Positions 47,836 through 60,366 of a stretch of DNA of 64,000 nucleotides are shown here, piece by piece. Each line of letters opens with the position of its first letter. Position 1 is the first letter of the stretch. This DNA is from Blasia pusilla. Taxonomy: Eukaryota. The position numbers were made by a program, and so were the translations under genes. The notes below the pieces were generated by a model that ran no database searches, had not been told where the DNA came from, and saw nothing but the letters and a program-made list of their open reading frames with translations. The stretch is from contig CM114271.1 in the NCBI GenBank assembly GCA_050084515.1, positions 8,680,001 to 8,744,000 on the forward strand. The letters run 5' to 3'.

Positions 47836-49399
47836 GCAGCCAAGCACTCACCCTTATACGAGTTGTACTTTGCCTCTGCAGCATTGTTCAAGCGACTAGC
47901 ATAAGCCACCACGAACTCTCTATCCTCATCATCATGGTGGGTGAGCACCGCTCCAAGTCCCAACATGCTCCAATCTGTGTGCAATTGGAAAGGACATCCC
48001 CTGATCAATCTCCTCAAGTTGGGGGCGGACGTCAACCTATCCTTGAGCAACTGAAATGCTTGCTCTTGCTCATCCCCCCAATGCCACTCGTGATCCACCT
48101 TGGTCAGCAACGTTAGCGGCTTCGCAATCAAATTGAATCCCTTGACGTACCGCCGATAGAAGTTTTCCAATCCAATAAATGCGCGAACACGGCTCACATC
48201 TGTAGGGCGTGGAATGCGTGAGATAGCCTCTACCTTTGTCTACTAGACACCAAGCCCCCTTTGGTATATTGTATGAACCAAGTACTCAATCTAGTCGTAG
48301 AAGAACTTGCACTTGCCTGGATGTAGCTTCAGCCCATGTGATTGTAATCGTCAAAATACCTCCTCTAGATGTCGCTCATGCTCCTCAACCATGGCGCTAA
48401 AGACTACGATGTCATCAATATAACACCTAGCAAAATTGAGACCAGCCAAGATCCTATCCATGACCCTCTGAAACTCAGCCATGGCGTTCTTTAACCCAAA
48501 TATTAAGAACTGTCACTGGTACAAACGATCCTTCTCGTGAGGATCGATGCCCAAAAATGCCGTCTTCAACCTCTCCTCCAATCTGATAGGCAGCTCATGG
48601 TATCCGGCTCGCAAATCCAATGAACTGAAGACCTTTGCGTGACCAATTGCATCAAAGATCTCCTCAGGGGTGGACATGGCATACCTATCGGACTCCGTCT
48701 ACCGATCCATAGGTCGGTAATCCCCACACATCCGCCTATCTGTCCAGTTGCCATGCACATCCTCTTGGCGGGCATGATAGTGGCAGATGCATACTCCCCA
48801 TGCGATATCTCCACTAGTCTTGCTCCGACCAAGTTCTGGCTCCTACTCTGAATCAGAGCCCTCTCCATATCACTGTACCTGTAGGATCATCGGAAGATCA
48901 GCATATCACTCGACAACTGAATGCGGATCTCCGGTCCCTTCAGCATACCCAAATTCTCCATGCTAAATGCAAAGCAACTCCTATAACTCATGAGGAACTG
49001 ATATATTTGGCGCCGCTCTCCTCCTGTCAACTTAGGGCCCATATATGGCTCCCACGTCTCCATTGTGACTATGGTAGGACTCTCCGGCGCGGGTATCGAT
49101 GGTTGCTATGGTGCAACCCCGTCTCTAACAACAACACTCAATCGCTCTCCTATAGCCAACTGCAAGCTCTGATCTCCTCCACGTGTAGTGCTTGGAGCCA
49201 TGCTCGATGTTGTGGCTATCATCTCCTGGCGTGCCTGCAAAACATCCCAAGAAGTCCAAGGATGTCTCTCCTGATCTCCCATGATGTGTCGATCTCCTTA
49301 GGTCTCGCCCCCAGCCACTACCTCCACCGTCTCGGTAGGCATGGGGCTCACCAACGCAACCGCTGTGATCTGGCGTGATCTCATCTGACCCTGCTGAAC

Positions 49400-50350
49400 C
49401 ACTCCCAAGCTGAAGATCCATGTCAAGCATTTCAGGTCTATCGCCTGACCCAAGACATGGTGTCGTGAAGCCTCTGATACTGACGGTACTGCCGTCATTC
49501 TTGTGGAAAATCCCATCACCTGCTCTCTCTCGTCGGCGTTGGGCTCCACCAACCTCTGAACCTGGTCATCCCAAACCAAGCCAGGACTGGCCTCCTTGTA
49601 TGCATAGGACGCGGGAAAACTCACAAACATGGGAAAGGCTGCCCGCGGCCTGCCTACCATATTGACCACAGTCAACGATGGTCGATCATCGTGCCTCACT
49701 GCCTGTGACCGATGACCTGGATCCAAAATGGAATCCACTAACAAATGGGAGGGGCGCTCCACTCTTGCATACGCCCTCCATAACACCGCTTGGGGCACCA
49801 AGTTGGTCCACCATAAACGAGGGCGATGGGCTCTAGAACCTACACTCGCCGCATCCTAGAACACTGTTGGGCCGATCCAGGCACGCACCTGATGAGCACT
49901 TGTCACCACCCGTGATCTGGAGTCTCCTAAGATCAACACATTCTCTAGAATGTAGGGTGGAGAATGAGACTGGTGCTCCTACAACTTCCGTAAGACCCAT
50001 CAACATCTCCCAAAATAACATGGACCGAGTGTTAGCCAACACGTTGCCTCGTCCAGCACTCGATTGGCCCTGACATGGCCAATTGGCAATGACCAAATCA
50101 ATGGTCCCTACCCGCTCTAAGTCCTGCGCCCCGAGCAACAAAATATCCCTCGGTAGGTAACTCTGGTATCCTTGTATCGCGGACGCAGACAATAAGTCGG
50201 GAAAACGTAGGCGTAACTGCGCCACATGTCGTAGTGAGACGCGCCTCGCAACATCATCACTCTCCACATACAAGTACTTTTGTACTCGCACTCCTGCCTG
50301 CAAAACAACAGCTAACCCGGTGCTAATCCCTCCAAAGAGATCTAACACTC
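49400..50350 (-). pseudogene. C5-DNA methyltransferase domain (copy C, diverged subfamily)
   Basis: LDLFGGISTG, YLYVE, NWPCQG, ILENV, AHRPRLWWTN and VLGQAIDL motifs. Confidence 0.9.
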
Positions 50351-53300
50351 AAATACCCTCCTCCGGGGTGTACCACACAATGGGTGTGGTATCCAAGGGT
50401 GTCATCCTAGCACTCCTTGCTACCTCGGGTTTCTCATACCCGTCATGCTCCGGTGCAAAAGCCTCACTCCACGCGGTCTGCAAGTGCTCATTTGCCAATC
50501 GTTGAAGCTCTTGAGTCGAGCCCCACAGTGGCACCTCTCCTCCATGGAATGATGCGGCTACCATAACACTCCTCTCCATAGAAATGTGAGGAACGGGAGT
50601 AGCCTCTGCATAGACATGTCCCTTAATCAAATCACTAGGCCAAGTGATGGCACTGCTAAATGCTGCTAAGGTCGCCATCTCTCCTGGCCGTTAGGCGCCC
50701 ATCACGTGACTGCCATCTTGGTCTCTAGGACGTTGACTCCTCCCAATAATCCTGGGAAAACCCCATCGGGTATAACACTGCTCCACCAACCAAGACGTCG
50801 TAGGACTCTACATCAGTCACTATCACCTTGGCTCGCACCACAGACTCATCTGTAGAATGTCTCGGGAAAATCCTTACCATGACCTCCTGCGGCGGCCTCC
50901 ATCTAGGCAATCCCGTAGGATCCAACCAGGATCCTCTAGATCTCTGGCTGCTCCATATGATGTCGATGCCACGGATCCGGCATCGGGTAACCTCCATGCC
51001 ATAGCTGCAATCTGCTCTTGTAGCTGTTGTATATGAGTAGCCATCCCAGCCTCAAGTCCAGCGTCTCCCTCGGCGCGTCTAGATGGTGGTACTCTACCTC
51101 CTCCATGGGCAACTCCACCACCCTATCGGGCAACTCCAGCTCCTCGTCCCCCAACGGGACCACCTGGTGCACAATCTCTAGGCCCACCTAGACTGGATAC
51201 TCGCTCTAGTGCCCTCTCTGGCCCTCGGCCCGGACGTAACTCAAGATGTAAACTAAAACACACGGAGCATGTATGACCATACCTCTGACAATAGTCAAAC
51301 TGAAAACTTCCTAGTGCAGCACCATCTCCTCCTCCATGCTGAGGCACATATCCATGACCCTAACGAGTGCAATCACGATGATGATGGGCTCCACCACAAG
51401 ACCAATAAGTAATAGTAGGCGGCTGCTGCTGAGTCGTAAATGAAGGCGCAAGTCTTTGTGGCACGGCCTCCCGGTATCCTCCCTGAGCTCGCGGTGCCAC
51501 AGTCAACCTATCTCAGAGTCCACGTTGTTGCAGAGGTGGTGCAGACAATCGCGACCACTCTCACCCAGAACCCATGGTAGCTACGCTCTCCTCCACCATG
51601 TTGCGCTCAATGTTCTCGGCGGTCCTAAAAACATCTCTCAACATAGGGGAGGTGTTCATAAGAAGCACCCCCTCCCACACCCGTGTCCACAAGGTCCGGT
51701 CCAACATCGAATACCATGACTAGATAACCTGAGCCTCTGTCACCCCCTAAGTGACGTTGATCAACAGGTGCAAGTGAGTGTAAGCTCACGCAAACTCTCT
51801 CCCGGGCGCCTCTAGAAGTCGTGGGTGCTCCGCAACTCCTCCGTCCGTACCCCTTGGTAGCTCGCTCTCAACTCAACAAAGAACTCAACCATAGGGTTGA
51901 ACCTGGGACGAACCCGACTAGACGGTGCAACTACTCCCGTGCGAGTGACCCCTCCTAAAATGTCAATAGTGGAAGAGGAAGTAGCCTCTCCTGACTCCTC
52001 CTCCTCCTCATCTGGGAACGGCTCCGTCCATGACACATAATGTGGGTCATAGTAGAGCCTCCACGCCTTGATCTCACGTGCATATCTCTGAGAGAACTCA
52101 TGGTAATCGTCCATAGGCGCCCCCTCTAAATGCTAGAACATACCGTTCCATGATGTAAATGGGTTGAACTCTCTAGAGTTCCTGGCCCGTTGGGAGTCGC
52201 ACCAACTCCTAAACTCTGCTATGAAATCGTGCAACTCAATTGTGCCTATTGCACCTGAAACCTACGTGGTCTTCTACCCTGGTCGTCCATCTCGTACGCC
52301 CAACTGGTAGGACCACTCACAATATATGGCGATGTGCTCACAAACTCCTCTACACCCTCCCCCTTGTCTGACGATGACACAAAAGGAGATCAAGGTGGTC
52401 CCTCACGTGGAGACCCTCGGAACCTCGCGCCACTCCGCGTAAAACCTCTAGGGCTACTCTTGGGTTCACCACCTTGCCTCTCAAAGTCTCGAATGGACTT
52501 CGTGATGACCCTCGTGCCCCTCTCACCCGATCACTCTCAACCTCATGAGTAATCCCTCAATCACTCATCCCAAACATGCGGCACTCAATCTACACTCTCC
52601 CTCCCCGAGACGTGTAACGTGCGGCAACACGCGGTGTGGTGCGACAAATCGACCAGGCTATCATCTCATCGACAACCTACCCTCAACTCCGCACATCCCA
52701 CACAAGTCTATGTCCCCTAAACCACATCCATAAATGATGCTCTCAGCATCTACACACCCAATATCCCCAAATAAACTACCCAAATCCCAGAATCCCTCAC
52801 ACGTGCAGGGTAAAAGACCATAATGGGTAACCTGAACACATGTAGATGTCCCTCCTCAGCAACTACAAATCTCGACCCTAACTCGGTCGTGGAGACAATA
52901 CCTCCAATCAGCAAGTCATACTCTTCCCGTACTGACGCTGCTCAAAACTCCTCGATAGACAGTGCGGTTCCCGCGGAACGGTGCGGCGTTATAGACGGCA
53001 CAGAACGACTACGAACGGCACGACCTTCGATGGTGGGATGCGGCACTCGGTGGAATACCCTCCTCAATCAACAATAAACCCATACTTTGCTCTGCAATGA
53101 TGGTGCAATGCAGCCACGAGCGGCACGGTGCGGCAATCGGCGGCGCGTTGCGGCTACGGGCGTCACGCCACGGTACTCGATCGTCGTCGAGCGGCTACCA
53201 ATCACAACATAGCAGCATGAAATCCAAACTCAAACACCACAACCGGAGGTCATCCGCCATCACTAGTTGATGACAAAATTTCAATGACGGTGGCGTCCAA

Positions 53301-54353
53301 AACAAAGGACATGGTGGTGACACAAGTCAAAGAATCAACGAACATCGTGGAAGACCCTCCACTCCGTAATGGCGGTAATGACAACCAAAGGGTGGACAAC
53401 GGACGGTGGACCCTTGACGGTGACGGTTGACCGTTGATGGTGATGATTGATTGTCGACTGTGATGGTTGACCTTCGATGGAGGACGGTTGATGGTGACTA
53501 TGACCGCGACGGCCGCCGCCGACATGGCGGCTGGTTTAGGGTTTGAACAATTTAACCCTCAAAATTGCCTAGCAATTGCATTTATGCAAGATTAACCATA
53601 ACTTTTGGATCGCAACTCCAAATTGCGCATTTTTTGTTGCACAATGTGCACAACTTCACGTTCTAGAACAGCATAAAAAAGTATTTATAATTGGATATTC
53701 CAGTAAAAGTCGATAGGGATTGTTGAAAAGCCCAATGTCTCTTTCTCCTGCACAAAATTTGGCAGCGCTTCCGCGCTGATTTCTCCCAACAAAAATGTAA
53801 AACCTATAAAAATACAAATCAGCAAGCTACATGGTGCTCTTGAGAGCACTGGAATGGGGCAACCCACCCCATACTCAATCCCTATAAAAATTGGGCAGCG
53901 CTTCTACACGCCACTCTTCCACAAAAAAAATCGGCAAATGCAAAGAACAATCAAAGCAGCCCTTGCTCCGATGAGCACTCCCATGAGCCTCTGAATAGGG
54001 AATACGGTCCCCAACGTGCAAAAACAGCAAGTGACCAATGAGCTCCCCTATGAAGCTCTCTCACTCTCTCATTCTCTCATTCCCTCTTTGTAAAGTAAGA
54101 TCCAATCTCTCTTTATACCATCTCACACCGTAACTCTCAAAAGTGTGCACTCTCTCTCATGTCAAACCAAACCCACTCTCCTAATGAAAGGCTTGGGTTA
54201 CACTAACAAGGCAAGGGACCATAGCTCCGCCGCCTTATGCCAAGAGATTCAACAAAGAGAGAATGAGCTCTCAAGCTCCCTCTCTTGGAGGTATACCCCT
54301 TCCCTTTCCCAAGCTCTCTCAATGGTAACCTATGCTCGCAGGTTACCTCCTTG

Positions 54354-54355
<2 letters not shown>

Positions 54356-54435
<80 letters not shown>

Positions 54436-54675
54436 TTTGTGTGCACCATGGAGAATTTGTTGTGAGAGATCTACTTGATTTAATTGGAGATATTTTGGTA
54501 CTTGATCATCTCGATGTGTGGACACCATGGAGAATTTATTGTGAGAGATCTACTTGATTTAATTGGAGATATTGGTATTTGATCATCTTGATGTGTGGAT
54601 GCCATGAGGTACCATAGTATCTTGGGTGTTTTTGTGTGTGTGTGTGTTGGGTGATAGTGATGTGTATGCGCATGA
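54356..54675 (+). repeat. (GA)n tract (54356-54432) followed by an ~80-bp tandem duplication and a B repeat
   Basis: caccatggagaattt..gagagatctacttgatttaattggagatatt occurs twice, then a B-like tail gtgtatgcgcatgata. Confidence 0.75.
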
Positions 54676-56699
54676 TAAAAGGGACTCGAATGGGTAACGT
54701 ATATATATATATATACATCGTCACTCTACTACACGGTCAACACTGACTACTCCATGTGGTGCAGCAACCTCCGCTGCACGACAATCTCCTTAAGCAGCAT
54801 GTTGAACCTCCCGTCAACAGATGCCGACAACCCATCGGCATTAGCGCATATGTCTCCACCAGTGACACTCCAACACAGACCATCAATGCCAATAACCCAT
54901 CTTGATCCTAATCAAAGCTATACTAGCCACTTGAAACTCCATCAAAACTCTTAACTGCCAACACATATCACAAACCACGACATGAAAGTACCATGTCGAA
55001 AAAATCTCTCCTACTATATAGCCCGAATCAATCATGTTTGGATCCAACCATGTCAATCCGTCTACCGCGGCTTCCTCTGACCGACTACGTTGCCCACCTT
55101 GCTATTGCCACCCATCTCGACCACTCCCAACTCTCCCACCTCTCCCAATCCCGCAACCGGCTCTCAACCTCCTTAACTCAACTTTGCAACTATGTTGGCA
55201 ACCCGCGTCAAAGGGGCTAGCCCTGACTATGGCTTCTTCAACTTGGGCGTTCATACCCCAACCTCTTGTCCTAGAATCGCGGAGCTCCCTCGACTCGATC
55301 TAAGTATATGACTCCTCTTAGAGCTCCCTATGGCTCCCTTTTGTCCGTGGGCTACTTTGATTGTGACCTCCCAATTTTTTTCCCTTCCGGAATTTCTACC
55401 AACTTTGGCCTTGGCGTGGGCTCTGCCTTCACTCCTTATGTCCATGCATGCGTCTCTATGGACATGACTCCCCGTAACCCAACTCCTTCTCTTGCACGCG
55501 TTCCTTGTATCGCTCGCAGACCTTGAACTCGCTTGCCTATCTGCAAACAACGCATTCCCCCTGACCCCTTGCCTTTTTCTCATGTAAAATGAGAGTAAAA
55601 TGGCTCACCGGGCCAACTCCACTCTTGAATCTACGTCGGCATATGGAGCCACATCCATCCTCTACTATAAGGAAATCGGGATGCTAACACCCTAGTTCCT
55701 ACTTACACACAAGCAAGAGAGTTGCTCCAAAGGGTCAACATGAGAAAAATGGCTTGAGAAAGCCATCTCTCCCTCTCTTATAACCTTAGGAAGAGCCAAA
55801 AGGCTTTTCCTCCAAAACTAGCGTCTCTAATTGTAACCTACAAGCACAATTTACCAGGTGACCGTTGACTCGGTCTACAAGTCATATGGCCAGAAATAGA
55901 AAAGAAGGGAAATTGTAAAAAATGACGCTCCCAACGCAATGGACCGTCATCAACCTCATGCGACACCTCAAGACAAAGTCATACCAACAACGTCCGTTGA
56001 CTCTCTATGGCGTCAACGCGGTAGAACTCTACTTGTCGACTAACTAAGATGGGAAAGATGTAATAATTTGTTTCTTCAAGAAATGTAGATGCATTCAAAT
56101 ATTGACTTTCCATCACAAAATTCATGGTAATAGAAGCAATCTCAAAAGTACCAGTAATCACAATAGTACTAACATCACCAAACTTGTATTGGATGTACAA
56201 AGCACGAAAGACATTATGCAAGACAATAAAGTTGAGAATTGCTTCCCTATTGAATTACTTTTCTTATTGAGTAAAGATTGGTAAAATTGAAGAGATGAGA
56301 ATGAAAGACTTCCATGTTGTGCGCGAGTATTTTAATCTCTCTTCATTGAAAAAAAGCCCTCCCAAGTTGGAAACCTTAAAGCATGGCCTCTATCAGTTGC
56401 CTTCGTGGTGGATCGCGTCCTAACAATCAAGAACAACAAGATGTTTAAAACATTAAAAATAAATTCATCACTATAAGTATTGGAGTGCACATTTGAGTTG
56501 TAGTTAAAATTGCGGAGTATGCCGCAAGGCCTTGGCAACTTGATCAAAAGAGACAAAGCCATAAGGAAAGGTGTTTGAAAGCCCATGGGGGACTTTCTTA
56601 GATAGATTAGTATTTCTTAAAGGATGAAGCATAATAGTTAGGTGAGTTATCCATGAATCATATGTGGAGGTTTAGGATTTCTCATATATCCCATGTTAC

Positions 56700-57480
56700 A
56701 AATCTATATATTATCTATATTATTATGGGAGACTGCATTCTTGATTTGCAAACACCTCTATGCTTGACACGTGGCAACTGGGCAACAAAAAAATATTTCA
56801 CATGCTACTGGAAGCAAATAAAAATTTGGATTTATGTGCAATATCATTAACCTCTTTCCTTCACGGGTTATACTCTAACTCTTCAAACACTTTTTTATTT
56901 CCCTTTCATTGCACGGACATCTTGTTTATATTATTATGGGAGAGTGCCTTCTTGATTTGCAAACACCTCTATGCTTGACACCTGGTAATTGGACAACAAG
57001 AAAATGTTTCACATGATACGGGCAGCAAATAAAAATTTGAATTTATGTGCAACATCATTAATCTCTTCCCTTCACGGGTTATACACTAACTCTTCAAACA
57101 TTTTTTAATTTCATGTGCATCACACGGGCACCTTATCTATATTATTGTGGGAGAGTGCCTTCTTAATTTGCAAATACCTCTATGCTTGACACGTGGCAAC
57201 TGGGCAACAAGAAAATATTTCATATGTTACGGGTAACAAATAAAAATTTGAATTTATGTGCAACATCATTGACCTCTTCTCTTCACGAGTTATACACTAA
57301 CTCTTTGAACACTTTTTAATTTCCCTTGCATCGCATGGGCACCTTATTTATATTATTATGGGAGGAGGTCCTAATTGATTTGCAATTTGACACGTTGCAA
57401 CAAGAAAATGTTCAAATTTAAATAAATTTACATGGAGCATCATTAATCTCTTCCCATAAGTATTATCTCTAAACACTTTT
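56700..57480. repeat. AT-rich tandem array, ~211-bp unit, ~3.5 copies
   Basis: tatattattatgggagagtgc..gacacgtggcaactgg at ~56717, 56927, 57138, 57349. Confidence 0.9.
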
Positions 57481-57746
57481 TAATGAGGGGGAATTAAAAC
57501 GTGCTTATTATTAAGAGTCCAATTTTTTAAAGAAACATTTTTCTATTACCTAAATAGAATGGCTCCATGTCCGGCCACTAGTTCCCACGAATTCAATTGT
57601 AATTCAAAAATATACATCCCCACTAGGTAGTTACCTTCCATTCTGCCAGTGCGATTTGGAAAATTGACGAGCGCTCTGTCACCGAGGGCCTTCTAAGTGA
57701 CAATTCCGACGAAAGAAATTCTTGAGGCTTTCACATTCGTGAAGAT

Positions 57747-59378
57747 ATGGAGACGATGAACGCCAGCGTAGTGGAGGGCGCCCAACTGAAAGAGCTCAAG
57801 GAAGCGTGAGTTGCGGTACACTGGATTCTGGTGGTTTCGCATGCCTAGAGTGTGGAAGTTGTAAATTATATCTCCGCTCGTCGTTTGAATGGTGAAAGCT
57901 GCAATGGAAGCGAGTGAATTACTGGATCTTATTTGCTTGCATCAAGGTGCTCTATGCTTCGTTGATTTTTCTTGTGTTACTCCGACTTGATGGCCTCTTG
58001 GGGTTTCGCTTTCCAGTTCGTACAAAGTAAGATCAGGAAGGGGTTTTGAATGCTTTTTCTGTGGACTCCGATCTGCACTGTTGTAGCTTCTTACTGAGAC
58101 TACGTCAAATGTCCAGATTCGTGAGTAATTTGCATGGCTCGACAATGCTGGAGATTGCTGCACTTTCAGCTGTCGTACCTGTAAGTGATCACTATTTTCG
58201 ACTCGTGCTCTAGTTGAACGCAATGAATCACATCTGGCTTATTTCCGTAGAGGTCGTGGTTTTTACAGCTTTACTGTTGCCTCAAGATTTATGGAACCTT
58301 TTCTCATTAGTAACAGGACGAGAAAAAAGAAGAAAAACTGGAACCTGTTCTCCGCTGTTGGTTCAATTCGCAATGATCCATTGAATATCAGCTTCTCTGG
58401 AGCCTAATGTGGATTTAGATACAATTAACTTCTCATGTTGTGAAATTTTATCTTAGAGATCTCATGCTCATGGTTCAGATGTTTTCTCCGCTTGTCACAT
58501 TCATGACCTACTTATATTCTGGTCGCAGGCGTTTATCATCTTGCGCCAAATCGGTGGCCTTCTCTTTGAGTCTGGTGAGTTAAACCTTAAGACCCAGAGT
58601 ATGTAATTTACATGGCTGGTGATTACTCTTGATTTCGTTACTTGAGGTGAGCAGAGCTCAGACCGTGTTTCTAATGTACGTTTGTGCCACGTTGGGGAGC
58701 ACTATAACTAATAGCCCTATTCGAGTTTTCTGGCCTTCTTTTCTAATCAGGTTGCGTTAACTTGTAGCTACAGAGTCCCATGTGCAGTGGCTAGCATAGA
58801 ACACTACCTTCAAAATTTTTGGCTGTCCTGTGCAGGATGTGGGAATGTCGATACCAGCAGTCAGCATGCGAAGGAGAAGAAAAAAGAGATAGGATGTGGT
58901 GCCAGTAGATCTGGAACCCTGCTGCTTAATGATTTCATATTTGTCATTGTGCCGACTCTCGCTTGCCTGACGGTAAGAGGCATTCCTTAGAGCTACTTCT
59001 GAGGATGCAACTACTTCCAATTTGGTATACAATGAATCATTGTCATGGAGGTCAGGCCTCACACCTTGCACCGTCCAGAGAGCTTTGTATGGTAGATGAA
59101 TACATGCCAGAAAAGGTCATAGATAGACATGGTTGCGAGGGGGTCAGCTAGGGTACTTAGCTGGGGCAAGGAATACCGGCATATCTGTGGCTATGAGCCT
59201 TGCCCGGTGTGGTCATCATCCACTGTGCTTTGAGAGGAATTCATGTATGGCTTCAAATAGACCTGCATGTGTGCAGTTGGTGGGTTTTCTGTTTATTGCA
59301 GGTTCTTGCTGACTGGATATACAGCATAACTGCAGTTGCACTTTGCCTTGCAGTCGTAGCAGTTACAGTCGCTGTAAG
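57747..59378 (+). CDS. PIGW: GPI inositol acyltransferase PIG-W/GWT1, first five exons (57747-57805, 58117-58180, 58529-58574, 58836-58972, 59302-59378); gene continues beyond
   Basis: Phase-compatible GT-AG splicing gives METMNASVVEGAQLKELKEAFVSNLHGSTMLEIAALSAVVPAFIILR..NDFIFVIVPTLACLTVLADWIY, matching the GWT1 N-terminal KE.FVS.L.GS...EI signature. Confidence 0.85.
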
Positions 59379-60366
59379 GTAATCTCTAATGGTCTTCCTA
59401 TTGCCATGGCATTCTTGCTTTATAGATATGTCTGCCATATTGAGTTTTTGAAGTCCTACTTTATTAGCTTTTCCAGGATAAGCGAGCGGGAAGTAGGGAA
59501 AGTTGTCACATTTCAAAAATCTTGTGGGCTTCGGTTTACAAGACTCCTTTTAGAATCATATGTAGGTGTGGTTTGCAGGTTTAGATGTCAGAACTGGTCT
59601 TGGCTCCTCTGTAGATTGTTACTTGAGAGACTTCTCACATGTGGATTTGGAGTTGGTGTGTTAGTCGTTCTCAATTCCTTTCAGTGCTACAGTTTTAATT
59701 ATTTGAGTCTTGTGTATCTTTAACATGTAGATCAACACCACAAACTAGAGGGGCTTCCCTTTCTCAAGGTGAAGGAGTTGGTACAGACTCTCGCAAGGAT
59801 TTTTTGTCATCTTTCAGGTTTACAATGGTAAAACTCAGTCACAGACCAGGAAGAATTGCTTTGCTTTGTCGTATGGTTTCCTGTTAATATCGCTCGCATG
59901 CCCTGTTTTATGGGTGAAATGTGCATGGCATAAACGTTTGAACCCACTGACTGCTGAAACTTACCTCTCAGTGTGTGCTTATAGATGTTGGTGACTTGTG
60001 TTAGCATTCTTGCTGTGGACTTCAATGTCTTCCCAAGGCGCTATGCAAAAACAGAGACATACGGCACTGGACTGGTATGATTTCTGAAGGTGTTCTATGA
60101 GTTGCTTAATTGGGTATTCTGAATTTCGAGATCAGATTTGGCTGCATCTCTTTGGTAATGAAGATTGGGCATAGTCTGGTTGATCAACTTACAGATGAAG
60201 CTAGTCCCATCCATGTTTGAACAGAGTTCCTGTGATGAAGAAAATTCAAACCAATTAATTGCATCTTTGAAGAGTTTTGTAGATGGAACTTGTGAATCGA
60301 AACAATGAACTAACTCTAACACTCCCACTGAGCTAGGATAATCTAGCTGGAAGAACATGCAGCTGT

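Larger units (their letters stand above)
45528..54355 (-). mobile_element. Gypsy-DNMT retrotransposon, copy C (A repeat - long leader - gag - partial protease - DNMT - RT - RNaseH - integrase - B repeat), degenerate
   Basis: gag 51100-52260, DNMT 49400-50350, RT 48200-48990, RNaseH split by a solo LTR, integrase 45710-46400. B repeat 45528-45645 and A repeat 54095-54355. Continuity of 52300-54095 with the element is inferred. Confidence 0.8.

Noticed and set aside
53533-53545. Telomere-like GGTTTAGGGTTT
   Set aside because: Single unit, at most a telo-box in the element leader, not a telomeric array.
59343-59723. 126-aa ORF or sixth PIG-W exon
   Set aside because: Several candidate acceptors and no clear GWT1 motif; boundaries cannot be supported.
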